This document shows, piece by piece, positions 27,981-36,651 of a DNA stretch of 64,000 nucleotides. The notes under the pieces are model-generated. The model searched no databases. It was not told the DNA's origin and saw only the letters and a program-made list of their open reading frames with translations. The DNA is from Patescibacteria group bacterium (GTDB lineage Bacteria > Patescibacteriota > Patescibacteriia > XYB2-FULL-38-15). The number at the start of each line of letters is the position of its first letter. Within the stretch, counting starts at the first letter, position 1. Location of the stretch: the NCBI GenBank assembly GCA_041650995.1, contig JBAZJZ010000001.1, positions 71,891 through 135,890 on the forward strand. Reading direction: 5' to 3'. The position numbers and the translations under genes were made by a program.

Positions 27981-28763
27981 ATGTCTCCTTACGATATTAT
28001 TCCATTAGGAATTATAGCACTTTCTTTGGCCGGAATTATTTTTATTATTGTTAAGAAATTTCCCATTTTGGCGTCCATTAATATTGAAACTATAAAGAGT
28101 GAGCAGGAGGCTGTTAAAAAAGAAAAAATAGTCGCGGAAAGACTTAGCCGAAAAATTTCCAGCATGGGAAAGTTTCTGTACGCGCTTCTTTTGCCGATCG
28201 GCCGAGTCCTAAAGTTATTCTTTTCAAAAATTTACGAGAAAGTTTTGGATTGGGAAAAAAAATATGGCAAGAAAAAGAAAAAGCCTATTTCGCTTCCTGA
28301 TTCAGAGGAAGAAATTAAAACTCTTTTTTTTGAAGCGGAGGAATGTTCAAGAACAGGAAAGTTGGAAGAAGCAGAGCAAAAATGTATAGGTATTATTTCT
28401 CTCGATCATAAAAATATAGACGCGTATAAAAAATTGGGCGCGATTTACGTTGAACAAAAAAATTATGAGAATGCTTTTGAAACTTTCAGGCATATTCTCA
28501 AATTAAATCCCAATGACGTAGAGACGATTTTTGATTTGGCTTCACTTCATCGAGAGCGGGGAGAAAATGAGGAGGCACTCGCAAATTTCAAGCGAGCAGT
28601 TGAACTTGAACCGACAAGTCCTAAAAACCTTGATTTTTTAATTGATATAAGTATAATAGTAAAGAATAAAGATTTGGCCGAAGAAACACTTAAGAAGCTA
28701 AAAGAGGTTAATCCTGAAAATCAGAAGCTCGCGGAATTTGAAGAAAGAATAAAAGCAATGTAG
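27981..28763 (+). CDS. membrane-anchored TPR-repeat protein
   Basis: N-terminal TM; C-terminal tetratricopeptide-like repeats (AYKKLGAIYVEQKNYENAFETFRHILKLNPND ... ALANFKRAVELEP). Confidence 0.5.
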   Translation: MSPYDIIPLGIIALSLAGIIFIIVKKFPILASINIETIKSEQEAVKKEKIVAERLSRKISSMGKFLYALLLPIGRVLKLFFSKIYEKVLDWEKKYGKKKKKPISLPDSEEEIKTLFFEAEECSRTGKLEEAEQKCIGIISLDHKNIDAYKKLGAIYVEQKNYENAFETFRHILKLNPNDVETIFDLASLHRERGENEEALANFKRAVELEPTSPKNLDFLIDISIIVKNKDLAEETLKKLKEVNPENQKLAEFEERIKAM

Positions 28764-28820
28764 GGCGATTTAAAAAAATTGAAGACCGCGCATAAACTTT
28801 TTTATTTTTAGCTATTTTAG

Positions 28821-28896
28821 GCCGTTGTAGCTCAGTCGGTAGAGCAACTCCATGGTAAGGAGTAGGTCGCCGGTTCAATTCCGGCCAACGGCTCCA
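28821..28896 (+). tRNA. tRNA-Thr (anticodon GGT)
   Basis: GCCGTTGTAGCTCAGTCGGTAGAGCAACTCCATGGTAAGGAGTAGGTCGCCGGTTCAATTCCGGCCAACGGCTCCA; loop ATGGTAA; encoded CCA. Confidence 0.85.
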
Positions 28897-29005
28897 TTCT
28901 TTTTAAAACGGAGCCCCCAAACGAAGTTTGGGGAAACGCAGGGCGGCGAGCGTAGGGCAAGTCCCGGCCAGTTGGACGCAGCCGAAAGCTCGCAAGCCCA
29001 AGTAA

Positions 29006-29088
29006 GGGCAGGTACCGAAGTAGTCAAACGGGGCAGACTGTAAATCTGCTGGCTCACGCCTTCCAAGGTGCAAATCCTTGCCTGCCCA
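29006..29088 (+). tRNA. tRNA-Tyr (anticodon GTA), class II with long variable arm
   Basis: GGGCAGGTACCGAAGTAGTCAAACGGGGCAGACTGTAAATCTGCTGGCTCACGCCTTCCAAGGTGCAAATCCTTGCCTGCCCA; anticodon loop CTGTAAA. Confidence 0.75.
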
Positions 29089-29096
29089 TTGGGTTT

Positions 29097-29169
29097 GCCG
29101 ATGTAGCTCAGCTGGTAGAGCAACGGTTTTGTAAACCGTAGGTCGCCGGTTCGAACCCGGCCATCGGCT
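29097..29169 (+). tRNA. tRNA-Thr (anticodon TGT)
   Basis: GCCGATGTAGCTCAGCTGGTAGAGCAACGGTTTTGTAAACCGTAGGTCGCCGGTTCGAACCCGGCCATCGGCT; loop TTTGTAA. Confidence 0.85.
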
Positions 29170-29209
29170 TTGAAATAAAAATCTAAAATCATAAATCTAA
29201 AATAAATTT

Positions 29210-29365
29210 ATGTCACAGGAAAATTTAATCAAAATGGAGTGTTCAGTCTGTAAGCACGTCAATTATTTTTCCCATAAAAATAAAAAGACATTGAAGAACA
29301 GACTGGAGCTCAAAAAATACTGCAAGTGGTGCAAAAAACACACTGCTCACAAAGAAACGAAATAA
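29210..29365 (+). CDS. rpmG: 50S ribosomal protein L33
   Basis: 51 aa, [51 protein letters not shown]; C-x2-C...C-x2-C zinc ribbon and a RLELKKYC...HKETK L33 signature; below the ORF-track length cut-off. Confidence 0.8.
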   Translation: MSQENLIKMECSVCKHVNYFSHKNKKTLKNRLELKKYCKWCKKHTAHKETK

Positions 29366-29366
29366 A

Positions 29367-29400
29367 AACCCGTCCGCCGTGGAGGCGGGCGCGTAATTTT
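29367..29400 (+). terminator. intrinsic terminator after rpmG
   Basis: cccgtccgccgtggaggcgggcg followed by taattttttc. Confidence 0.6.
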
Positions 29401-29406
29401 TTCTTT

Positions 29407-30969
29407 ATGCCCGAAGAGCGAAAGCAGGAAGTTCTAAAACTCCCGAGCCTCATTGTTTTCGTGAGCAGTTTTTGTCTCATGGTCTTGGAACTCGTGGCCG
29501 GAAGACTTATGGCGCCATACCTCGGCGTCTCTCTTTATACTTGGACAAGTATTATTGGTATAATTTTAGCCGGCATCAGTTTGGGGAATTATTTGGGCGG
29601 CCGCCTTGCCGACCAGAAACTTTCTAGGCAAATTTTAGGATCAACTTTTTTTCTCGCGGGAATTTCTTCCGCCGCCGTGCTTTATCTTGTCCCAACGCTC
29701 GGAACGGTTTTTGGGAAAATGAATTTGCCGCTCGCTCTTTCAACTTCTCTCTTTTCTTTAGTTATTTTTTTTCCGGCAAGTATGTTTTTAGGATGCATTA
29801 CGCCGATGGTTATAAAGTTTGATTTAAAAAATTTGGAGAAAACCGGGCGGACGGTCGGAAAAATTTCCGCCATGGCCACACTTGGAAGTATTTTGGGAAC
29901 TTTTGCCACGGGATTTTTTCTAATTTCTTTTTTTTCCACAAAGTTCGTGGTGATTGGCATTTCAGCAGTTTTAATTTTTTTGGGAATTTTGGTTTTTGGC
30001 CAAGGCCAAGGAAAAGGGTTATTAAAAGATAAGGCTAATATAATTTTCAGTTTGATTTTTGTCGGGAGTTTTTTTCTGCCACAAACCTGCGATAAAGAAA
30101 CAAATTATTATTGCATCAAAGCGTCGGTGACAGAGAGTGAAAGCGAAGCGGCTCAGGGCTACATTTTAAAACTTGACCACTTAATCCATAGTTTTGTCTA
30201 TCCGGGCCGCGAGGAAATTCTGACTTACGATTACGAAAAACTTTATAAATTTCTGACTGATTATTGGATAAACGATAACGGCAAATCAAATTTTTCAGCG
30301 CTTTTTTTAGGCGGCGGGGGATACACCCTGCCCAGATATTTTGAAAAAAATTATTTAAGCGGCAATCTTCTGGTGGCGGAAATTGATCCGGGCGTGACAA
30401 ATTTCAATTATCAAAAATTAAGTTTAAACCCGGAAACGAAAATCAAGACCATAAATCAAGACGCGCGGATATATCTCCAGCGGTTGCCGGCCGACCAAAA
30501 ATATGATTTAATCCTTGGAGACGCTTTCAATGATTTTTCCGTGCCGTATCACCTCACAACTCTGGAATTTGGGAAAGTGGTGAAGGAACATTTGGCGCCC
30601 GGCGGATTTTACGCCGTGAATGTGATTGATGATTACCAGCATGGAAAGTTTGTCAGTTCTTTTGTAAAAACCTTAGAAGAAATTTTTCCGTATGTATATC
30701 TTGCCCCACTCACCACAGATTGGCAAAAAGCGCACCGCAATACCTTCGTTGTTTTAGCGAATGAAAAACCAATAAATGAGGACCAATGGGCCGCGGTGCT
30801 TCGAGTATTGGAGCAAGGCGGGCAATATAGCAATATGGATAAAGCGAGTTATCTTGTGGGCAAAGATGAAACGCAGAAATTTTTGGAAGAAAAGGGAGCG
30901 ATTGTTTTGACCGACGATTATGTTCCGACCGACAATCTCTTAGCGCCGGTTTTCAATTACGCGTATTAA
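29407..30969 (+). CDS. fused polytopic membrane domain / spermidine synthase-like (class I MTase fold) protein
   Basis: About 8 N-terminal TM helices, then LFLGGGGYTLPRY (GGGxG-like) and LILGDAFNDF blocks typical of spermidine synthase-family proteins. Confidence 0.6.
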   Translation: MPEERKQEVLKLPSLIVFVSSFCLMVLELVAGRLMAPYLGVSLYTWTSIIGIILAGISLGNYLGGRLADQKLSRQILGSTFFLAGISSAAVLYLVPTLGTVFGKMNLPLALSTSLFSLVIFFPASMFLGCITPMVIKFDLKNLEKTGRTVGKISAMATLGSILGTFATGFFLISFFSTKFVVIGISAVLIFLGILVFGQGQGKGLLKDKANIIFSLIFVGSFFLPQTCDKETNYYCIKASVTESESEAAQGYILKLDHLIHSFVYPGREEILTYDYEKLYKFLTDYWINDNGKSNFSALFLGGGGYTLPRYFEKNYLSGNLLVAEIDPGVTNFNYQKLSLNPETKIKTINQDARIYLQRLPADQKYDLILGDAFNDFSVPYHLTTLEFGKVVKEHLAPGGFYAVNVIDDYQHGKFVSSFVKTLEEIFPYVYLAPLTTDWQKAHRNTFVVLANEKPINEDQWAAVLRVLEQGGQYSNMDKASYLVGKDETQKFLEEKGAIVLTDDYVPTDNLLAPVFNYAY

Positions 30970-30990
30970 AAAAATATCATAATTTTCCAT

Positions 30991-31061
30991 GGGGGTGTAG
31001 TTCAGTGGTAGAACACTGGTCTCCAAAACCAGGGATGAGGGTTCGATTCCTTCCGCCCCCG
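30991..31061 (+). tRNA. tRNA-Trp (anticodon CCA)
   Basis: GGGGGTGTAGTTCAGTGGTAGAACACTGGTCTCCAAAACCAGGGATGAGGGTTCGATTCCTTCCGCCCCCG; loop CTCCAAA; CCA not encoded. Confidence 0.8.
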
Positions 31062-31166
31062 CTTGGATAAATAAATCACATTTGTGATTTGTTTATCCAT
31101 ATGAGCGGAGTTGGAGAGAAACCTCGCACTGTAAGTCCGTTGCGGCCGTTTCTGCACCGAGGAGCC

Positions 31167-31186
31167 TCCGATTCCTTCCGCCCCCG
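31167..31186 (+). repeat. direct copy of tRNA-Trp 3' end (T-loop to acceptor, 19/20 nt), preceded by caccgaggagcc, exactly 105 nt after the tRNA
   Basis: tccgattccttccgcccccg versus tRNA ttcgattccttccgcccccg; the 12-nt junction caccgaggagcc is identical to the one at the tRNA-Gln copies. Confidence 0.8.
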
Positions 31187-31232
31187 TGGAAAATTATGAT
31201 CTTAAAGTAGGAAAATAATTTAACTTAAAAAT

Positions 31233-31721
31233 ATGAACAACGAAAACAAAGAATGTTGCCCAAAATTTAATCCAGAAAAATGGGACGAAAAAACGTATAC
31301 CTGGGATAACAAGCCGTTCATAAAAGAAACTATTCCCACATTTTTTCACATACCGCTTTCCTCAATGATTGGTAAAAAAGTTACTAAAATGTGCAAGATG
31401 ATGGAAGATTCAAAAAAGGCAGAGGCTAATAGTGAAGATGTTTTATTATTATTTCACGATCCCAGCGCCTTTAAATCAGAAATATTTTTATCGGTTACCG
31501 GTCTGGTGGAAAACGCGAATAATGTAAATCTTTCCGGCACATTTGTTGCTAAAGTTTTTTCCGGCCCATATAATTCCATCCCAAAATTCGTAAAACAAAT
31601 TGATGAATATTTGGCGGCGCAAGGAAAGAAAGCTAAAGATTATTATGTTCATTACGCCTACTGCCCCAAGTGCGCGAAAAAATACGGCGATAACTACATG
31701 ATTTTATTTGCCCAGATTTAA
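31233..31721 (+). CDS. hypothetical cysteine-containing protein
   Basis: 162 aa; CC near the N-terminus and CPKC near the C-terminus; no family recognised. Confidence 0.35.
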   Translation: MNNENKECCPKFNPEKWDEKTYTWDNKPFIKETIPTFFHIPLSSMIGKKVTKMCKMMEDSKKAEANSEDVLLLFHDPSAFKSEIFLSVTGLVENANNVNLSGTFVAKVFSGPYNSIPKFVKQIDEYLAAQGKKAKDYYVHYAYCPKCAKKYGDNYMILFAQI

Positions 31722-31820
31722 ATTTTGCCCCCAATAGAAAGTTTTGATTTAAAAAACAGGAATGTGAGTTCGCCAGAACCTGCTCCGAATCGGCCAAAAG
31801 CCGATTTTTAGTTTCCCTCC

Positions 31821-31849
31821 TTGACAGAGTTTCTTTTCCGTGTTATACT
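31821..31849 (+). promoter_or_regulatory. consensus sigma70 promoter (TTGACA-17-TATACT) with an about 115-nt leader ahead of the DEAD-box helicase gene
   Basis: TTGACA at 31821-31826, TATACT at 31844-31849; a preceding hairpin plus T-run (ccgaatcggccaaaagccgattttt) terminates the upstream gene. Confidence 0.6.
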
Positions 31850-31965
31850 AAGTAATCTTAACTAATGTCGCGACTAATTTTTGTCCCGACAAGACTCGAA
31901 CCTCTTTTGTGTCATGCATTAAATTATGTGGCCCCTATCGGAGAAATCGGGTCACTAATTTTTTT

Positions 31966-33240
31966 ATGACAACAAAAACACAAACGGCTGTTCGCTTTAG
32001 CGATCTTGGTCTCTCGGGAAAAATGCTTTCCATTCTGGAACGGCAAAATTTTTCCGTTCCAACTCCTATTCAGCATAAATGTATTCCCTCGGCCTTGGAA
32101 GGGCGGGATATTGTGGGTATTGCTCAGACAGGCACGGGCAAGACCCTGGCTTTTGGTTTACCGATGATTGAGCGGTTGGCAAGAAACAGGGGACAGGCTT
32201 TGATTTTAATGCCGACAAGAGAACTTGCTCTTCAGGTTGATGAGGTTTTGCAGAAAATCGGACGCCAAATCGGCCTTAAAACCGCGGTCGTGATCGGCGG
32301 CGCGTCTTCATATCAGCAATTACAAATGTTACGTCGCAGACCGCACGTCGTGGTTTCAACACCTGGCCGTTTGATTGATCATCTTCAGCAAAAAAATTAT
32401 TCGTTGCGAAACGTAAAAATTATTATTTTGGATGAAGCCGACCGTATGCTGGATATTGGTTTCGCGCCGCAACTCAAACAGATTTTATCTATGGCGCCGA
32501 CCGAGCGGCAAACTATGCTTTTTTCCGCGACAATGCCAGGAGCGATCGCCCAAATCGCCGCGGGGCATATGAAAACCCCTATGCGGATTGAAGTTGCGCC
32601 GTCTGGCACTCCGGCTGAAAATATTGACCAAAAAATATTTATTATCAGTAAGGAACGAAAAATGCAGTTGTTGGATAAAACGTTGACTGATAATTTTGGG
32701 ACAGCGTTGATTTTTGCCCGCACAAAATTCGGCGCTAAAAAAATCGCGGCAAATTTGAGCGCGTCAGGATATCGGGCGGCGGAAATTCATTCCAATCGGT
32801 CTCTCGCCCAGCGCAAAGAGGCACTCAACGGATTTAAGTCCGGAAAATATCGCGTGCTAGTTGCTACGGATATTGCTGCTCGCGGCATTGATGTTAATGA
32901 CATTGCTATGGTTATAAATTTTGATTTGCCTGATAATCCGGAAGATTATGTCCATCGCATCGGACGCACCGGCCGAGCCGGAAATTCCGGCCAGGCAATA
33001 TCGTTTGCCACTCCGGCGGAAACATATGACATTCGGCAGATTGAGCGGTTGATCAGACGAGCAATTCCTGTGGTGGGATTGCCGGTTTTGCCCGAGCGTC
33101 GCGTTAGTTTTCAAGAAACCGACCGAGGCCATAGTCGCGGAAGTGGCAACTTTGCCCGAAGCAAAAATCATAATTTTGGCGGCCGAAGCGGCAATTCAAA
33201 AAGAAGAAATCCGGGGAGACAGTGGAGAGGCCGTTCTTGA
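31966..33240 (+). CDS. DEAD-box ATP-dependent RNA helicase with C-terminal RGG/RS-rich tail
   Basis: AQTGTGKT, PTRELA, DEAD, SAT, HRIGRTGRAG motifs; the tail is SRGSGNFARSKNHNFGGRSGNSKRRNPGRQWRGRS. Confidence 0.9.
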   Translation: MTTKTQTAVRFSDLGLSGKMLSILERQNFSVPTPIQHKCIPSALEGRDIVGIAQTGTGKTLAFGLPMIERLARNRGQALILMPTRELALQVDEVLQKIGRQIGLKTAVVIGGASSYQQLQMLRRRPHVVVSTPGRLIDHLQQKNYSLRNVKIIILDEADRMLDIGFAPQLKQILSMAPTERQTMLFSATMPGAIAQIAAGHMKTPMRIEVAPSGTPAENIDQKIFIISKERKMQLLDKTLTDNFGTALIFARTKFGAKKIAANLSASGYRAAEIHSNRSLAQRKEALNGFKSGKYRVLVATDIAARGIDVNDIAMVINFDLPDNPEDYVHRIGRTGRAGNSGQAISFATPAETYDIRQIERLIRRAIPVVGLPVLPERRVSFQETDRGHSRGSGNFARSKNHNFGGRSGNSKRRNPGRQWRGRS

Positions 33241-33342
33241 TTTGACTTTTTATTAGGTTTAGTTCATACTTATATTATAAAAATTAAGTAGAAATATCGT
33301 CGAATTTCTACAGAGACTTTATTTATTTTGTCGTCGTTTATT

Positions 33343-33543
33343 ATGAAAGGTACAATCAAAACCTTGGTAGCGGAAAAGAATTTCGGTTTTATCACCCCAG
33401 AAGACGGATCAAAGGATGTCTTTTTCCATGCCACAAGCCTTCAGGGCGTTGAATTCGGACAATTGCAATCAGGCGATGCTGTGACGTTTGACGTCGAGCA
33501 GTCGGAAAAAGGTCCGAGAGCCGTGAATGTTGCAAAAGAGTAA
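33343..33543 (+). CDS. cspA: cold-shock protein (CspA family)
   Basis: MKGTIKTLVAEKNFGFITPEDGSKDVFFHATSL... RNP1/RNP2-like motifs; 66 aa from the ATG at 33343. Confidence 0.85.
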   Translation: MKGTIKTLVAEKNFGFITPEDGSKDVFFHATSLQGVEFGQLQSGDAVTFDVEQSEKGPRAVNVAKE

Positions 33544-33692
33544 AAAATTCGAAAACAGAGCCAAGTAAAACGGCTCTGTTTTTGTTTTGTATTTAAACTA
33601 TTTTCCCTTGTTATTTTCGGCAGTTTTTGCTATGATAAAGGAATAAATACGGAGAGGAATAGTCGTCGATTAATCATTAATTAATAAAATTT

Positions 33693-34325
33693 ATGCCCAA
33701 AAAATTATTAGTTTTAGCCGCGATTTTTGCTTTGGCTCTTTCTGGCGCGGGTTGCGGAGAAAAAGAAGAAACGCCGGCGGCGGAAAATGAAAATAAAAAC
33801 GCAAATGTCATCACGGCAAATGTTAACGGCACGGTTATTGAATTAGTTGAACCGTCGGAGCCGGGAGAAGAGGAAGTCGGCGGAGTGGAGTTTGTGGAGT
33901 ATATTAATAAATCATTTGGTTACAAAATTGTCCGGCCTAACAAATGGTATTGGCAGCATCTTATCCAGAGAGAAATCGGCGAGGCCATGCCTGAGGTAGA
34001 CGATTTGTTTGTTACCGATCCAAACCCGCTGCCAGCGCTTGGCACAGAATATCTCGGGAGAATTGTGATTGAAGTTTCAAGGAGAAGTTTAATAGACTTA
34101 GAAAGAAATTATTCTGATTTAACTTCTTCGGCCGTGACAGTCGGCGGAATTTCCGCGACAAAGTATGAGGGAGTGCGTTCAAACGAAATGGTGGAAAATC
34201 AGAAAATCATTGTTTATCTTTTCCAAAAAGACGGAAAGACTTACAGAATTGTTTACACGAAATTTAATAGCGTCGCAGAAGAAGAGGCAGTGTTTCAAAG
34301 AGTGGTAGAAAGCCTAAGTTTCTAA
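33693..34325 (+). CDS. hypothetical lipoprotein
   Basis: Signal with lipobox ALALSGAGC; no recognised domain. Confidence 0.4.
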   Translation: MPKKLLVLAAIFALALSGAGCGEKEETPAAENENKNANVITANVNGTVIELVEPSEPGEEEVGGVEFVEYINKSFGYKIVRPNKWYWQHLIQREIGEAMPEVDDLFVTDPNPLPALGTEYLGRIVIEVSRRSLIDLERNYSDLTSSAVTVGGISATKYEGVRSNEMVENQKIIVYLFQKDGKTYRIVYTKFNSVAEEEAVFQRVVESLSF

Positions 34326-34377
34326 AATATAAATTAAAAGTTCCGCCGGGAGGAGGCGGAATTTTTATAGATCGCGA

Positions 34378-34845
34378 ATGTTTAACGTTGTTCTTTTAGC
34401 TGTAGGAAAAGTTAAAGAAAAACATTGGCAGACGGCAGTGAAAGAATATTTGGCGCGGTTAAAGCCGTACGCCAGAGTTATTATTGAAGAAGTGGAGCCT
34501 GAACCATTTAAACGGGAATCGGACAAGGAAAAAGCAAAACAAAAGGAAGGGGAAAGGTTGCTCACGGCGTTATCCAAATATTCAGACAGCGAAATCATTA
34601 TTCTTGATGAACGCGGTCGGGAATTAACTTCGCTGGAATTTTCTGAATTTTTTAGTCGTGAGCCGCGGCGTGTGGTTTTTGTTATCGGGGGCGCCTTAGG
34701 TTTCAGTGAAAATTTTTCCAAAAGAACTTTTACTAAAATAGCTCTGTCAAAAATGACTTTGCCGCACGAATTCGCGAGAGTGGTTTTGTTGGAACAAATT
34801 TATCGGGCGGCGACGATTGTTTCAGGAAAGAGTTATCATTATTGA
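34378..34845 (+). CDS. rlmH: 23S rRNA (pseudouridine1915-N3)-methyltransferase RlmH
   Basis: 155 aa SPOUT family; VVLLAVGKVKEKHW...IILDERG...VFVIGGALGFS...LSKMTLPHEFARVVLLEQIYRA. Confidence 0.8.
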   Translation: MFNVVLLAVGKVKEKHWQTAVKEYLARLKPYARVIIEEVEPEPFKRESDKEKAKQKEGERLLTALSKYSDSEIIILDERGRELTSLEFSEFFSREPRRVVFVIGGALGFSENFSKRTFTKIALSKMTLPHEFARVVLLEQIYRAATIVSGKSYHY

Positions 34846-34859
34846 GAATAATTTAGGAT

Positions 34860-35645
34860 ATGACTTTTTTTCACGCGATAATTTTGGGAATAGTTGAGGG
34901 TGTTACAGAATTTCTCCCGGTTTCTTCGACCGGGCATTTGATTTTGACTTCAAAACTTTTTCAACTTCCCTCAACAGAATTTTTAAAAAGTTTTGAAATC
35001 GCCATCCAGCTCGGAGCGATTTTAGCAGTAGTTGTTCTTTATTGGAAATCTTTCTTTGTTAAGTTTGAAATTTTGAAAAAAATAATTGTCGCTTTTCTGC
35101 CAACGGCGGCGCTCGGATTAATTTTTTACAAAATCGTCAAGCAATTTTTGTTGGGAAGCGAGGAAGTTGTTTTATGGGCGCTGTTTTTAGGCGGTGTTTT
35201 TTTGATTATATTTGAATGGAAATATAGTGAAAAACCGGACGCCGTGGATGGCGTGGAAAAAATAACTTGGCGGCAAGCGATAGTAATTGGTCTTTTTCAG
35301 TCGGTGGCGATTATTCCCGGGGTTTCCCGCGCCGCCGCGACAATTGTCGGCGGTTTAATTCTTGGTTTAAAAAGAAAAACAATTGTTGAATTTTCTTTTC
35401 TGCTTGCCGTGCCAATCATGGTTGCAGCTACCGGACTTGATCTTTTAAAAAGCGGCGGAAATTTTTCTTTGAGGGAGTTTGGCCTTATTGCCATCGGCTT
35501 TGCTTTTTCCTTTTTCACGGCGCTAGCGGCGATTAAATTTTTCTTGAATTTCATCAAAAATCATTCTTTTATTTTTTTCGGAGTTTATCGAGTTCTTTTG
35601 GCGCTTGTTTGGTGGGTTGGCGCGCTGTTTATCTTGCGGGTTTAA
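34860..35645 (+). CDS. uppP: undecaprenyl-diphosphate phosphatase
   Basis: GVTEFLPVSSTGHLIL and PGVSRAAATIVGGL conserved BacA/UppP motifs; 8 TM. Confidence 0.85.
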   Translation: MTFFHAIILGIVEGVTEFLPVSSTGHLILTSKLFQLPSTEFLKSFEIAIQLGAILAVVVLYWKSFFVKFEILKKIIVAFLPTAALGLIFYKIVKQFLLGSEEVVLWALFLGGVFLIIFEWKYSEKPDAVDGVEKITWRQAIVIGLFQSVAIIPGVSRAAATIVGGLILGLKRKTIVEFSFLLAVPIMVAATGLDLLKSGGNFSLREFGLIAIGFAFSFFTALAAIKFFLNFIKNHSFIFFGVYRVLLALVWWVGALFILRV

Positions 35646-35658
35646 AATGATATAATGT

Positions 35659-36651
35659 ATGAAGGTTTGTTTGTATCTTGAATTTAAGCGATTTTTAAAA
35701 GGTTATTTTTATAAAAACGCGGGAACAGGATTTTTATCATCCTTTAAAAATTATTTAAAAGCGCTGAGTTTGACCGAAGTGGAAGTCACGGAAAATTTAA
35801 AAGATAAATACGACGTTTTGCACGTTAACGTTCCATTTCTAAGATCTCTTTGGGCAGTTTGGCGAGCGAGGCGAAGAGGAATAAAAATTGTGATGTCGGC
35901 CCACGCTACGGCGGAAGATTTTAGGGGTGTCTGGCGGGCCAGTAATTTATTAATGCCACTCGCGCGCCGTTATTACAGGTTTGCTTACAACCAGGCGGAT
36001 GTGGTGATTACTCCGACAATTTACACAAAAAGTTTGCTTCAAAAATATCCTTTGAAAAGAAGAATTGAGGTTACCTCTTGCGGCGTTGATTTTATAAAAT
36101 TTTTTGTCGGAGGAGAGGGGAGAAATTATCAAAAATCGGAAAAGGAAATAGTTGTTTTTAATGTTGCGAATGCGATCCCAAGAAAAGGCATAGAGAGTTT
36201 TATTGGTCTGGCCCGGAATTTTCCCGATAATAAATTTTTTTGGTACGGAAAAATTTTTAAATCTTTTTTATATAAAAGGTTGCCAAAAAATTTACCGTCT
36301 AACCTAGAATTTAAGGGATTTGTGTCAGACATCATCGCGGCTTACCGAGACGGAGATATTTTTGTTTTTCCGTCACACGAAGAAAACCAAGGGATGGTTA
36401 TTTTGGAAGCCGCGGCTGCCGGGTTGCCGATTTTAGTGAGAGATCTTCCGGCTTACCGAGAGTGGCTTGTTCATAATAAAAATTGTTTAGTGGCTAAAAA
36501 CGAAGAAGAATTTCGAAAGTATTTAAATGAATTGATTTCCAACTCCGGACTTAGGGAGCGGTTGGGTGCGGCGGCAAAAAAATTAGCCGAATCGGAAGAT
36601 TTAAAAATTATTGGAAAACGTTTGCAAGAAGTTTACCAAAGCTTAATATGA
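35659..36651 (+). CDS. glycosyltransferase family 4
   Basis: FVFPSHEENQGMVILEAAAAGLPILV GT4 C-terminal motif. Confidence 0.7.
   Translation: MKVCLYLEFKRFLKGYFYKNAGTGFLSSFKNYLKALSLTEVEVTENLKDKYDVLHVNVPFLRSLWAVWRARRRGIKIVMSAHATAEDFRGVWRASNLLMPLARRYYRFAYNQADVVITPTIYTKSLLQKYPLKRRIEVTSCGVDFIKFFVGGEGRNYQKSEKEIVVFNVANAIPRKGIESFIGLARNFPDNKFFWYGKIFKSFLYKRLPKNLPSNLEFKGFVSDIIAAYRDGDIFVFPSHEENQGMVILEAAAAGLPILVRDLPAYREWLVHNKNCLVAKNEEEFRKYLNELISNSGLRERLGAAAKKLAESEDLKIIGKRLQEVYQSLI

Noticed and set aside
28852-29192. 63-aa + and 105-aa - ORFs over the Thr-Tyr-Thr tRNA cluster
   Set aside because: They overlap three tRNA genes and the GC-rich spacer. This is typical spurious ORF calling over structured RNA.
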